The notes beneath the pieces are model-generated. The model had not been told where the DNA came from. It made no database searches and saw only the letters and a list, made by a program, of their open reading frames with translations. Shown here piece by piece: positions 11,632 to 24,174 of a stretch of DNA of 64,000 bases; within the stretch, counting starts at the first letter, position 1, and every line of letters begins with the position of its first letter. The position numbers and the translations under genes were made by a program. Where the stretch lies: the NCBI GenBank assembly GCA_023213395.1, contig CM041465.1, forward strand, positions 209,505,741-209,569,740, given 5' to 3'. Origin of the DNA: Cycas panzhihuaensis (taxonomy: Eukaryota > Plantae > Cycadophyta).

Positions 11632-12552
11632 ATGGAGTTGAGTGACATCATAGTTTTTGTAACTGAAAAAAATGAATATTGGTTGTCGAATCTCCCTTTT
11701 CCTTTATCCAAATATGTTGGAACTCATTTTCGTTTTTGGGCAATTAAAATGGAATGCATTTTTATAGCCAAAAGACTATGGGAATTTGTTATTGGCACTG
11801 CATTGTTTAACAAAGAAGGGGAGGAAAATTTTAGGAAGAAAAACAAAGTAGCTATTAATGTGATGCATGCAACCTTTGACAAAGAGAATCTCCATCTTTT
11901 ATATCATTTTCTTATCTATGCGCTTCAGCATACTGATTTAGCAAAAGAGGCATGGAATTTGTTGAACGATGTGTACGAACGGAGTCCTGAAGAGGTACAA
12001 GAGGACCTTGAAAGGGCAAACATAGTTATTGATGATTGCAATACATATAAGGAAGATGATGAAGATTGTACCAGTGATGCAAATGAAAAGGTTTGTGAAG
12101 AAACTAATGAGATTACTGATTAAACTACTGTTGAGTGCATTCTTAAACTTGAAAAGCATATTGAACCTACTACAGGTGATTGTGATGAAGCAATTGAAAT
12201 TCCTCTAGATGAATTCATTGCTTCAAGGGAGGATGAAGTTGATGAAGTGAAATATGTTTCCATTCCTGATTCAGTTACTGGTTTTAATCCTAATTGCTCT
12301 CAATATGATGAAGACTTTCCACTTAAAGTTGAAGGAATTGTTGAGAAAGAACACATACAGGATGATGATGACTTACAAAATGTTGATGTTCATTCATCGT
12401 TTGATGACTTGTCTTCATATTTTGATGTTGACGATGTTGATTCTTCTCTTGTTGACTTATCTTCAAATGTTGACATTTGTTCAATAATTATTGATCAATC
12501 ATATGTTGAAGAAAATAAAAGCAAACAAGTGGTGACCAAAACATTGATTTAA
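11632..12552 (+). pseudogene. gag: Copia-type gag N-terminal domain with an acidic tail (element E)
   Basis: KYVGTHFRFWAIKMECIFIAKRLWEFVIG...AKEAWNLLNDVY is typical Copia gag; followed by a D/E-rich extension broken by a stop. Confidence 0.8.
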
Positions 12553-13308
12553 GACATACTTGATGTACACGTTAAAGATGCTTTTGATGAGTACATACAG
12601 GATCACCTGACAGGTCTACATTAGGCTCAAGTTGATTTGGTTGTGATCTACTACACATTTTGCATGACAAAGGATTCCTTATTGCATATGAAGATGAAGA
12701 AGGCAAAGTTCTAGGACCATCACTCTAAAGGACTACCTCAAAGACGACACTGCAGGAATGAAGACAAAGATCAAGGAGAAGACATTGTGTTCAAGACTAC
12801 TCCAAGATCAAGACACTGCAAATTCAAAGAATGCAAAATACATGTTGGTCAAATGTTTAATGTCGCAAGTCTAGTGTCAAGTGTCATATTAGTCTTTAGT
12901 ATTCAGTCTTTTTGTAGTCTTGACATTAAACATTATGGGGAGGTGTTGGAGGATAATGATTAATGTATACGTGTCCCAGTGTATTTAGGGGTAATGCACA
13001 TATGTGCAACTAAGTGGTCATTAGGTTATTGGTCAATAAATAGGTGTTATGTGGTTGGTTGTGTTGGAGGTCATTTATCCCACATGTAACACAAATCATA
13101 CTACTCTCTCCCACCTATTTAGTATATAAAGGTGGTTGAGGTAGTATAAGTAATCAAATCATCATTAAGACTCATGTTGAGTCTATGATGCATGAATGTT
13201 CTGTTGTTATCTTATTTGTATTATGTTAATACAAGCTTTGTTTTGTTCATTGATATTGTTGGATATTGTTCGTGATGAATGCTTTCCATGTTAAAATCTA
13301 ACAAAACA

Positions 13309-14060
13309 TAACTTATTCTCCCCGCAAGTTTGTAGCATTGTTCTTAAATTTTTTATATGGTTTTTCTTTATACCATATAGAGTCCAATCATCTAGGAATA
13401 TAGCGACTGTTTCCCTTACTAACTTCTTGAATATGTTAAAGCACAATTCTTTGGAAGGTTGTTGGGGCATTAGTGAGTCCAAATGACATAACTTGATATG
13501 CATAAGTTCCCCATTCGGTCACAAAGGGTGTTTTATGTTGATCTTCAAGTGCGATGCTCACCTGATTGTATTCGTTCAACCCATCCATGAAAGAATAAAC
13601 TTCCTTTCCTCCTACGGTTTCTGGGATGTTTTCTGTGAAAGGAATCAGAAAGGGGTCTTTCTTGGTGACTTTATTAAGTTGTCGATAATCTACACACTCG
13701 AATTTTCCCATTTTTCTTGGGTACTACCACTATGAGCTTACCCAGTCACTATATTCAATCTCATATATGTATCTTGCCTCTAGCATCTTGTCCAATTCTA
13801 CTTTAACTTTCTCCTTATATCGTGTGTTCATTCTATATGGTCTCTGCTTAACTGGTTTTGCCCCTTCCACTAGGTCGATATGATACATCCCAATCTCAAG
13901 TGGGATTCCTTTGAGATCTTTGTATGACTAGGCAAATACATCTTGATATTCCTCAAATAATGCTTGAGCTTTTGCTACCGTCTTCTCATCCCAATAATCA
14001 CTAATGGTAATATTCTTCGATTCCGTCTCTGTCCCAAGGTTTATTTGAGTAGTTATGGGT
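13309..14060 (-). pseudogene. pol: Gypsy C reverse transcriptase, N-terminal part
   Basis: CVDYRQLNKVTKKDPFLIPF; YSFMDGLNEYNQV; TEWGTYAYQVMSFGLTNAPTTFQR; IFLDDW. Confidence 0.92.
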
Positions 14061-14544
14061 TCTCCATGTTGTACTCCCTTTTTCGTTTGGTGGGCAGGTA
14101 TGTCTTCTACGTTTCATTGCTCGTATCTTAGTTCGGTGTACTCTGGAGGTAAATTTAGGATCTCTTTTTTCTCCCCCTCTTCTTCATTGTCGTTGATTTT
14201 TTGTAGTCTTAATGTTTTCAATTGACATTAGATGTTTTTCTACTTTTTTACCTATATCCCTTCTATTTTTTAGAACTTTATGTATTACCTAGTTATTGGA
14301 GGAGTATGAAAAAGCTTTGGTGAATGAACGTTCTATTTTTTCCCAAGCTGTTAATTTGGTTTGTTCTCGTTTCAAGAACCATGTTTTTGCTAACGTTCCC
14401 AGTGTATGGATAAATAAGTGCCTCCAGTGTAGTTTAGGGATACTCCAATGCTTCCAAAGATGTCTGCACCTAAGAAGATGTTTGTTAGGGCACTCTCCTA
14501 CCAAGAATCCTGAAATTAGTAGGTTTTGGGGTGGGTCAAACCTG

Positions 14545-14831
14545 AGACAGAAGGTTGACTGTAGACTGTCCCATGTTTGGAGGGTATAGTGGTGGGCTAT
14601 ACACCACTACCATGCGTGGTCTTGTAGGGTAGCTACGAAGTCACAGATCCATTGGGTTTTATCCAATATCCTATAATATAGCCAATGTTCCATACATTGA
14701 ATTAGATGATTCGTACCTTCCATTTTCTTTCCTTGGAATGAGGGCAATTGTTTTTGCCAATTTGTTCTATCTTCGGGTATGAGTTTAGTGAGGTAGATAT
14801 CTTCTGTTAACCCTTGGAGGTTATCATTCAT
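14545..14831 (-). pseudogene. Second capsid-like (retrotrans_gag-type) segment between protease and RT of C
   Basis: LPSFQGKKMEGTNHLIQCMEHW...FVATLQDHAW*WCIAHHYTLQTWDSLQSTFCLRF follows the gag-CA pattern (F..L...A..W......TW..L...F..RF). Confidence 0.55.
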
Positions 14832-15236
14832 TTCTTTTTCACTGAGGGGATTAACATAAAGGGACTTTGGGGAATCTAGAGGAAAAGTTTCGATAGGGAG
14901 GGGAATTTCTACCTCAACCTTTTAGTCTTCGGCAGAAAGGGTTATAGGGGTTTCCTTAGAGTCAAGAAGGAGATTGGCCAGATCTCTGAAATTGGCTCTA
15001 GGGAATGAGGGTAGGGATGGGGGGTTGGAAAGGAGGTAGGGATGAGGGTAGGATGGGGTCTTAGAAGTTAGTAAGTTTACGTATACCTTGTTCCTAATTT
15101 GGAACTCAACCTTTACCAAGTTATTATTATCTAATGATTCATTAGGATAAGTAACATCCATATAATCTAAATTATTATTTAATTCATTGTCAATTGAAGA
15201 ACATTTAGATAATAAATTACAGCAAAATGGGTGGGG

Positions 15237-15830
15237 TTATATCTCATACAAGTTATCCATCCAATACTTGATCATGTTGGTGGTTCCTTCCCCGTCTGAT
15301 GATGCTTCTGATGCCACTTCTCCATAGATGTTGGGTTCAAACTCCTGAGTATCATTCATATCGGCGGTCTCTTCTGTCATATGGTACAAGTTGGCTTCGT
15401 CGAAGGTTGAAGAAGTTTCCTGTGTTGCTATAGTGGTGTTGGATGCATTATCTGGAATCACTTCCACTGTATATCTTCCTTTCGTCAACATGGGAAGGAT
15501 GACCTCATTTCTTCCATCAGCAAGTGTAAAGGTCACGTCTCTCCAACTTTGCAAGCAGTCTATTTGGTATAACCACGGTCTTCCTAGTAATGTCGGATAA
15601 ATAACCATGTCCTTGACGGTATCAACGATTATAAAGTCTATGGGAACAATAATATCGGCTACGTTCACTTGTATATTCTCCAAACGCCCTACTGGTTTCA
15701 CTAATAGCTCATTTGCTAGTTTTAACGAGTAATTTGTGGGCAATAATCGTGGATTTCCCAATTTCTTCCATGTCTAGGTGGGCAATACATTTACCGTAGC
15801 TCCTCCACCCACAACAACATTCTTTAGGGT
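15237..15830 (-). pseudogene. Gypsy C aspartic protease
   Basis: VVGGGATVNVLP (mutated DxG site); LKLANELLVKPVGRLENIQV; YPTLLGRPWL. Confidence 0.85.
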
Positions 15831-16210
15831 TACCCCTAGAATGCTTATATCAACTGAAGAATCCAAGTCGCAAGAAGGTTTGATTTAATGTAAACTTTGG
15901 GAGGCTTCCTTTGGGTGAATCTTTCCTTCCTTTATCCAATCAATGACTTTTCCCAATGGGATGGTTAGGTCTAATTGTTTGACTAGGTCTTCCATAAGTA
16001 TCAACTTTTGTAGGAGCTCTTCCAACTTAGGTGCCTCCCCTAGGTTTTCTCCTAATGCTTTTTCTTCAATTTTCTTATTCCTTCTTTGATATGCTTGTTT
16101 TATTTCTAGTTTCTCCACTGGTAAGGTCTTGGTTGCTTCCTCTTTTGCAGTTTCCTCTAAGGCCATTTTCGCAGTAGCGAAATGGTCAATTTTTAGTCTC
16201 GAATTTGGGT

Positions 16211-17575
16211 TTAGTTTGTTTCTGTCTCATTTCTTTTGTTTTTTAAGTTGACATTTTTAGGGGATTCTGGTATAATTATTACCCTGTTTAAGACCTTGCC
16301 CTTGCCTTTCCATTCCTCTGTGGTATGTGTGCTTAGTCCACAATTCTTACATAGATAAAGATATTCTTTTTTTATTTTTGCGACTGGACAATCTGACTTC
16401 CAGTGTCCATAGTCCAGACAAATTAAACATCTTCCCAACGAAGGTTTCTTCCTTGGATTTTCAGGTTGTGTCCTTGTTGTGTATATCATTCGGGTATTTG
16501 GTTTATTTCTTCCTTGTCCTCTTCCTCTAGCATTGGTGCTTCTAGTGTTGAAATAACATTCCCGAGTGTTATGTGTTCCTTGGTCACAAATATGACACCA
16601 AATGTTCTGCTTACGAATTTGAGCATTACATTCGCACTCTTTTGTCATGTGAGTGTCCTCCTCACAAATATGGCACCATTTTTCTATTGGGGCTTCCTTA
16701 CTTCGATGTTTACCAAAGTCTTCCTTGGAGTTGTCTTGATATCTATGCTCTTGTAATTCCAACCTAGCCACTTCCTTCCTGAGGGCTTCGATTTCTATAT
16801 TTTCTTTTGTTTTGGCCATTTGAAATAAGGGCCCATTGAGGTTTTGTGCCTTCAACTCATTTATCTCTTCTTGCAATCTCATGACCAAAGGGTCATAGGC
16901 TATCCTCCTAGTGTCGATTTCTTTTTCGAAGTCCAAGGCTAACTCCCGTGCATGTTTGTATGATTTCAGGAGTTGTGATGTCATTGCATTCCTCAATTTG
17001 GAGTTCAAACCATTTACAAAGAAGATATGCATACTTAGGCCTATGATCTTCTCTCCTTTTATCATGGCAAAGGCGATCATGTCTATTCTACTAATATATG
17101 TCATTACGGATTCTCCAGGTTTCTATTGGATCTCCCTTAGGGTTAACTCTATAATATCATTACTGCAGTATTTCAAAAACCTTTCTTCAAATTCCTTTTT
17201 AATTTCACTCCATGATTTGTGTGGGTCCAATCGTTTGTACCAAGCTAACGGTATGCCCCTCAATGAATATGCAAATCTCTCCTTAATTTTAGTTTCATCT
17301 ATGATCCTTTCGAGATTGATTAACCTTTGGAATAGATAGATGTGTTCTTTAGCATCTGTAGAATCGTCAAAAATGAGTTTCCCAAACTCCTTCTGGTGTG
17401 CCATTGTCGAGTTGTTCCTCCTCTCCTCCCTTCGAGGTGGGGTTGTTTCCTTTCCTTCTAAAAACTTCTTGTAAGATCTTCTTAGTGGTGTTTCTTCCCC
17501 ACTATTCCCTTTCCCAAATAAGGGATTATGGATAAGTGACTTCAACTGTATTACCCCTGGTATTTCTGCCGCCAC
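16211..17575 (-). pseudogene. gag: Gypsy C gag with four CCHC-type knuckles
   Basis: SLRGIPLAWY...SWSEIKKEFEERF; knuckles CHICEEDTHMTKEC, CHICDQGTHNTREC, CLICLDYGHWKSDC and CKNCGLSTHTTEEW. Confidence 0.9.
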
Positions 17576-18165
17576 TGGAGTTGTTATTAAATATGATTGA
17601 TCCTCACTTTCCTCTGATGGATCTTCAAATAGTTATCTAATCAATCAATTTTCCCAATGTGCCTGGGGACCTCCCTCCACCCTTTCCTCGTTGCCACTTA
17701 GGTCCTTCGAAGTAGAGTCCAAACTGAATTATGTCTCAGGGTTGTTTTCCTCCTCAATATTCTTTCCTTTATGATATTTTTCTGGAGCAGGTGTGATTGT
17801 CATAGGCTCCCCTTGGCCTCTATTTTCTATCTCTTGTGGTGTCTCGGCGCCACTTGCCTTAGATCCTTCCACTGATTCATTTTGTTCCTCTTTTTTGTCT
17901 ATACTTAATCTCCTTGCTCTCCCTAACTTTTTCTCCTTGGACCATCTCAAGGCTCTCTACTTGCTTGATTTTGTTATCCCCTAAGGTTTCGTCTGTGACT
18001 CCTCTGCTTTCGAAGGCCGTTTAGGTTTTGGCATTGGAAGGTCCCCGTGGCTATCTAGGCTTAATCCGAGCCTACCATCACGATGACAGCCAAGGTGACT
18101 TGCCCTTTACACATAGAGTTCTAGCTTTTCTTCCCTTTGCTAGTGGACTTAGGCAACATAACCAA

Positions 18166-18912
18166 TGTTGACTTAAAATCTGCTTCCTTAAGATCTTCCT
18201 ACTGCAAGATCTTCACTTGTCAAGGTTTTCCACTGTAGCCTAGGGTGTGTGCATGTGGTCAACATACATATCTTTCATTCATTATGCCACATAAGTCCAC
18301 AAATATACTCATACGCATAGAATCACCATGCATTCCACATTAAGTACACATGATATCCATGTAACTCTGTAATATTATTAGACAATAGTCAATACTTTAC
18401 ATCATATTATGTCCGTACATGGCTGACTAGTAAGCCATACCAGGTCAGATCCCAAATAGATCACTTACTCAACTCTCACATCCATTCCCATGCATGGATG
18501 TGTTTAAATGCCCTTTACATCCCTGCTACGGAATGGTTGCAACTAACAATCACAACCATCTATTTTTCCTAATGGATGTCTCTTCACTGTTAATCCATTC
18601 TTGTTATCTCCTTAATACATTCGTTAATCCGTACCGCTGGGTCGGCATGTCTCTTTCCTTGTTTCATCTATTCTGCATCCATTCCCGATACGTTCCTGAC
18701 TGTACAGCGTACGTTCGTTCTCTGTTCAGTGAATTCCTGTTGTACAACATCCATTCCTGTGACGGAATGGTCCCATTTTCTATGTATTTTCCATTCGTTC
18801 TTTTTCTTAAATGTATGTCAAACAATTTCCCTGTAAAATATCCATTGTTTCATCTAGATTTTATCTTACATTCCCCCTAACGGACGCATAAGAGTCAAAT
18901 CTAACCGCAACA
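18166..18912 (-). repeat. 5' LTR of Gypsy C
   Basis: TGTTGA...GCAACA, followed by TSD AGGCT. Confidence 0.93.
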
Positions 18913-19251
18913 AGGCTGAGATGTTATACCCCAAACCTTGGGAGTTTGGAGACTAGGCTAGACCCAAAGGGGGTGAACGCCTTGGTTGTTAAGTGTGCCC
19001 TTAGACAAGGATCTATCATTCAGGCCGTAAATATGGTGCATGTAGGTCAATGGTGTTGGAGGGCAGTCAAGTCTTCTATAGCGCTCGCATACCTTCAGGT
19101 ATATTGGGTCCCCGAGCTGCCACTTGTGAACAAGTACCCCATCAGACAAAACAATTTCAACTACCAAGGGCTATCAGGATTAAAGACACTGAGACATAGA
19201 TATTAGATTAGCATACCCTTTTTCAGGTAGACAGGACACATGTCAGACATC

Positions 19252-22200
19252 ATGGCACTTCAAATGATTACAGCTAATACCATTACACTTTCTGGCAGTG
19301 ATAATTTTTTGGCTTGGATGAAATAAGTTAAAAACATATTGATAATAAACAAACTTTGGCCTTATGTTTCTAGAAAAAATCCTATGCCAGTTCCCACTCA
19401 AGAGCCTAATGATCCTCAGAATCTCATTCCTCCTAATCCTGATGTTGTAATTGCCTTTTAAGAGTTTGATGAAGTTGCCCTTTCCTTTTTACACCTATCC
19501 TATGAAGATAATGTCAACCAGAACATCAAACTTGCCCCTACCTCTGCTTATACTTAGAATATCATATGTGCGCTCTATGAAAGGAAGGGCAACACTAGGG
19601 CAATGATGCTCAAAGCCGAGCTTTACTCCATTCCATTTACAAGATCTATAGCAGCTCATTTGTCCCATATCAAGGTGACCTTGTATCTTACATAGTCAAT
19701 GTTTTGCCACTTGGTTATAACTCCCTCATATCCAATCTATCTCATACAAATCGACTTGCCACTATTGATTTCAATACATCTGAGGGTCTATTGCTCCGAG
19801 AAGAATGTATTCAAAACCGTTCAGGGAATCCAAGTGCTTTCTCTTTCATACCAGCATTTGCAGCCCATCATAGGAAGACAACAGTGTCCATAGTTGACAC
19901 ATCAATTTGGTTCAATGAATTTGAACCAACACCCATATCAACCACGTCAACCTCGACCACCTTATAATCCTTAGATTGTTTGTCACTATTGTGGCAAACC
20001 TGGACATATAGCACCTGATTGCAGAAAAAAGAGAACTGACCTCCAACAACAACAGTTTTAGAACCGCCCCAAAATCATGGACGTGGAAGTTATTAGGGAC
20101 CACAAAAACAAAACCAACCTAATTATCAAGGACTGAGGAGACAAAATTAAAATTCTCCTCAAAGGAACCAGCAGAATAGGAATCGTAACCAGAGACATAA
20201 TCAAGGAGGCCACATGGCCAACTCTCGAAATCTTTTCTTTGCTGCTTTATCAACTCATCATTCTGACATATCTCGATTGATTGATTTAGGTGCCTCTCAA
20301 CATATGACTGGTTCAGAAGAACTTCTCACTAATACAAGACCAATTCAAGATCAATCTATCACTTTTAGAGATGATGGTATTCTAGAGGTCGCCAAGATTG
20401 GCAACATTCCTATCTCAACAATGTTTTCTATGTACCTGGCATGACAAGCAACCTCTTATCAGTTAGCCAGATAAATAAACAAAACTTTGATGTTTTGTTT
20501 AGCCATCTTGGAAAATGCCTGATTACAAACTTGAATGGCAACCCAATTGCCTCAAAATATGAAGATCAAGGACTATACAAGCTTGATGTTGTAATCAGAC
20601 CATTGATCCAGTCACATGAATTTGGCTCTTGTAGCAATTCAGCTTCCACTTTTGATCCTTCTGCTTCAACATCAGATTTAGATGATCAATTTATTTCAAA
20701 GGCATTTGTTTCTCCCAGACTTCCAAAAGACTAGTTATGGCATCAATGCCTAGGTCACTTGAACATGAACAGCCTTCATCTACTTTATAAATTGAATATG
20801 GTGCATGGCATACCGAATATAAAGCAGACTAAATGCCCATTGATCCAGTCACATGAATTTGGCTCTTGGCTCTTGTAGCAATTTAGCTTCCACTTTTGAT
20901 CCTTCTGCTTCAACATCAGATTTAGATGATCAATTTACTTCAAAGGCATTTGTTTCTCCTAGACTTCCAAAAGACTAGTTATGGCATCAATGCCTAGGTC
21001 ACTTAAACATGACCAACCTTCATCTACTTTATAAATTGAATATGGTGCATGGTATACCAAATATAAAGTAGACTAAATGTATTTATGAGGCTTGTGTTAT
21101 GGACAAACATCATCGGGCTCCATTCAGATTAGATGGAAGAGCTTGGCGTGCCAAGGAACCTTTAGACCTGATACATTCAAATATTTGTGGCCCCATGTCC
21201 CAAGCATCCTTTGGACGCTATCATTATTTTATTACATTTATTGATGACTATTCCAAAAAAGTGTGGGTATATTTCTTGAAGCATAAATCAGAAGCCTTTG
21301 ATAAATTCAAAGAATTTAAGCATGGCATTGAACTTGAATATGGAAAGCCCCTCAAAATTCTTTGTTGTGTTAATGGAGGTGAATACACATCAAATGAGTT
21401 CACCCAATTTTGTAAGGATAATGGCATCAAATAGTAGTTTTCTACCCCATATATGCCTCAGCAAAATGAAGTTACTAAGAGAATGAATTGGACCTTGGTT
21501 AGTAAAGGCAAAGCCATGCTTGCCGCCAAGAATTTGGGACTTCAATTCTGGGTTAAAGCCCTTTATATAGTAGCATATCTCACAAACAAAAGTTCAACTA
21601 AGGCAATATTAAACATTATTCCTGAGGAGACCTGGTCAGGTCAAAAGCCTAGGTCTCACATTTGCGCACTTTTGGTTGTATAGCGTCCATTCTCATACCA
21701 GAAAAAACAAAGAAAAAAAATTTAGATGATAAGAGCAAGAAATGTATCTTTATTGGTTATCAACTTGGTTGTAAAGCGTATAAATTGTATGATCCTACCA
21801 CCAAGCAAATGTATACATCTTAGGATGTCATGTTTTTAAAAAGAGAACCAGGATTTGGATATCATACAGATTTCATTCTTTGATGATCAGTCTGATAAAG
21901 CACCTGTTGCTCCACCTGCTCCACAAAATGTTCCTGTAGAACATATGCCTCCTGCATCAGCATACACTCTTGGTACATCGTCTACACCACCTACCTCTAC
22001 ATCTACATCTACTCTAATCAACCCTTCAAAAGACATTCAGGATGAGGATACTTCAAAGCGGCTACCTAAATGGTACATGCAGACAATCTCTTATGCTCCT
22101 TCACCACCACAACAAGCAAAGAGGCGATCAAAATACAGATTATCTATTAACTTTGCCTTAATAGCAAAAATATTGTCAGCTCCAAAACCGTCCAATTTTG

Positions 22201-23711
22201 AGGAAGTTGTTGCAGATCCAAAGTGGCAAGTAGCAATGACTGAAGAAATGGATTCTATCCTACAAAATGATACATGGGAGCTCATTGAGCTGCTAGAAGG
22301 TAAGAAACCTATTGATTGTAGATGGATTTATAAAACAAAATTTCATGCAAATAGCTCATTCAACAACATAAAGCATGTTTGGTTGCCAATGGTTTCAAAA
22401 AGGTTGAAGGCGTTGATTATGATGACACATTTGCACCAATTGCCAACATGACCACTGTCAAGCTTGTTTTGGCACTTGCAGCTCAATTCACTTGGGTTAT
22501 TTACCAGATGGATGTAAAAAGTGCCTTCCTGAATGGCAACTTGCACGAGAAAATATATATAAATCAACCTCCTGGCTTTGTTGTTCAAGCAAATACACCT
22601 AGTCTGTAAATTAAAAAAGGCATTGTATGGCCTTAAGCAATCACCTCGTGCTTGGTACACGAGGTTTGATGAATACTTTATGGACTCATTTGCTCATCCT
22701 CATATCCAAATCTGTATATTAGAATCTATAATGGTTTGATCACTTTGGTTGTAGTTTACGTTGATGATTTATTGATAACTGATAAGGACACAAAGTGGAT
22801 TACACATCTCCAAGGAGTACTAAACAACAGCTTTAAGATGACTGACCTCGAGTTGCTTCACTATTTTCTTGGCATGGAAGTCTGGCAAGACCCAGGCCAT
22901 ATTTTCCTCTCACTGTCCAAATATACAAAGGAGATTCTTCAAAATCCAAGATGGATGAATGTAAACCATCACCAACTCCTATGGAGACAGGTCTCAAATT
23001 AGACATTGATGAACGTGGAAAACCTGTGGATCCTACCTTGTATAAGCAATATGTGGGAAAATTAATTTACCTCACCCATACTCGACCTGATATTGCCTAT
23101 GCCATTGGGATCTATTTAAGGTTCATGACACAGCCGGAGGCTTCAAAACAATGAGGACCCTGAGATATCTCCGAGGTACCCTCCAATATGGACTTGATTA
23201 CTATCATGTGGATAATCCTTTACTGGCAGGTTATACAAATGCAGATTAGGTTGGATGCAAAGATAGTCGTAGAGCAACTGCAAGTTACTGTTTTAACCTA
23301 GGTTCTACTTCAAGTTTACGGTGTTGCAAAAAGTAGCCTAATGTCACTCTATCTTCAACTGAAGCTGAGTATAAAGCCACCATTAGTGTTGTTGGTAGGC
23401 TTATCTAGCTTATGAGGATTCTTGAAGAGCTTGGAATCAGTCAAACACAAGCTACATCATTGTTTTATGACAATCAAAGTGTTCTTAAATTGACCAAGAA
23501 TCCTGTGTTCCATACTAGAACGAAACACATCGAGGTTCACCATCACTTCATCAGGGAGCATGTACAAGATGGTGAGATAGATTTGATCTATAAGCCTAAC
23601 GATGATTATATAGTAGATATCTTCACAAAGGCACTCTCTCGTGACAAATTCAAAAGGTTTTGGCTTGGCCTCGATGTCAGAATTAATGAATTCATCATTA
23701 AAGGAGGGTGA
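19252..23711 (+). pseudogene. gag-pol: Copia B gag-PR-INT-RT-RH polyprotein (decayed)
   Basis: CHYCGKPGHIAPDC; IDLGASQHMTG; LIHSNICGPM...FIDDYSKK; YQMDVKSAFLNG; VYVDDLLI; NPVFHTRTKHIEVHHHFIRE. Confidence 0.93.
20600..21079 (+). repeat. ~237-bp tandem duplication in the pre-integrase region of B
   Basis: ccattgatccagtcacatgaatttggctc...gactaaatg occurs at 20600 and again at 20837. Confidence 0.92.
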
Positions 23712-24169
23712 TAGAAGAATTAATCATTGATTTCATTAATTCATTAAGAATTCATTGTGCTATATTTATGTAATGTTTGTACATAGTTTACAATAAGGTC
23801 TTCATTGTCATAAATGGGTTAAATCACAATTTAATGTTGTGAACCTAGGTGTGTGGGGATTTATTTGCTCTCAATGTTAAAACATTGTAAAGTTGATTTA
23901 ATCATGCAAGGTGCCAATTGTCACCTTGTATGATCTTACGTTCAATATTCTTCATGCTTATTGTAATTGCCTCTTTTGTTCCTTATGTGAGGCTTTTTCT
24001 ATATAATGTTTTATGTATGTACAATTTTGATATGAGATTAATGAAAGTTATTTTACATTGGAGCCTATGAGAAATTTATCGCTTCTTTTATGTCCATTGG
24101 TTGAGTCTTTTAGAAGTTGTGCATGAGTCTTGAACCTGGGTTGGAACCTGACAAAACTCTCCCCTTTCA
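23709..24169 (+). repeat. 3' LTR of Copia B
   Basis: Matches 1415-1875. Confidence 0.95.
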
Positions 24170-24174
24170 CCTAT

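Larger units (their letters stand above)
8479..13303 (+). mobile_element. Non-autonomous gag-only (TR-GAG-like) Copia-derived element E carrying captured host gene fragments
   Basis: 360-bp LTRs at 8479-8838 and 12944-13303; PBS tggtgtcaaagc at 8839-8850; PPT atggggagg; perfect TSD AAACA; splits the RT of C (ENKLC|LNAEKC); no pol. Confidence 0.95.
3351..18912 (-). mobile_element. Ty3/Gypsy non-chromovirus (Athila/OTA-like) element C with an extra 3' ORF, inserted in the leader of B
   Basis: LTRs at 3351-4072 and 18166-18912; perfect TSD AGGCT (3346-3350 and 18913-18917); minus-strand gag, protease, RT (IFLDDW), RH (HVDAS; FASQKLTRAEHNY) and integrase (YILVATDYTTKWVEA). Confidence 0.95.
1415..24169 (+). 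mobile_element. Ty1/Copia LTR retrotransposon B inserted in the gag of A
   Basis: 461-bp LTRs at 1415-1875 and 23709-24169; perfect PBS TGGTATCAGAGC at 1878; PPT aaaggaggg; TSD CCCAT/CCTAT; Copia polyprotein at 19252-23711. Confidence 0.95.
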
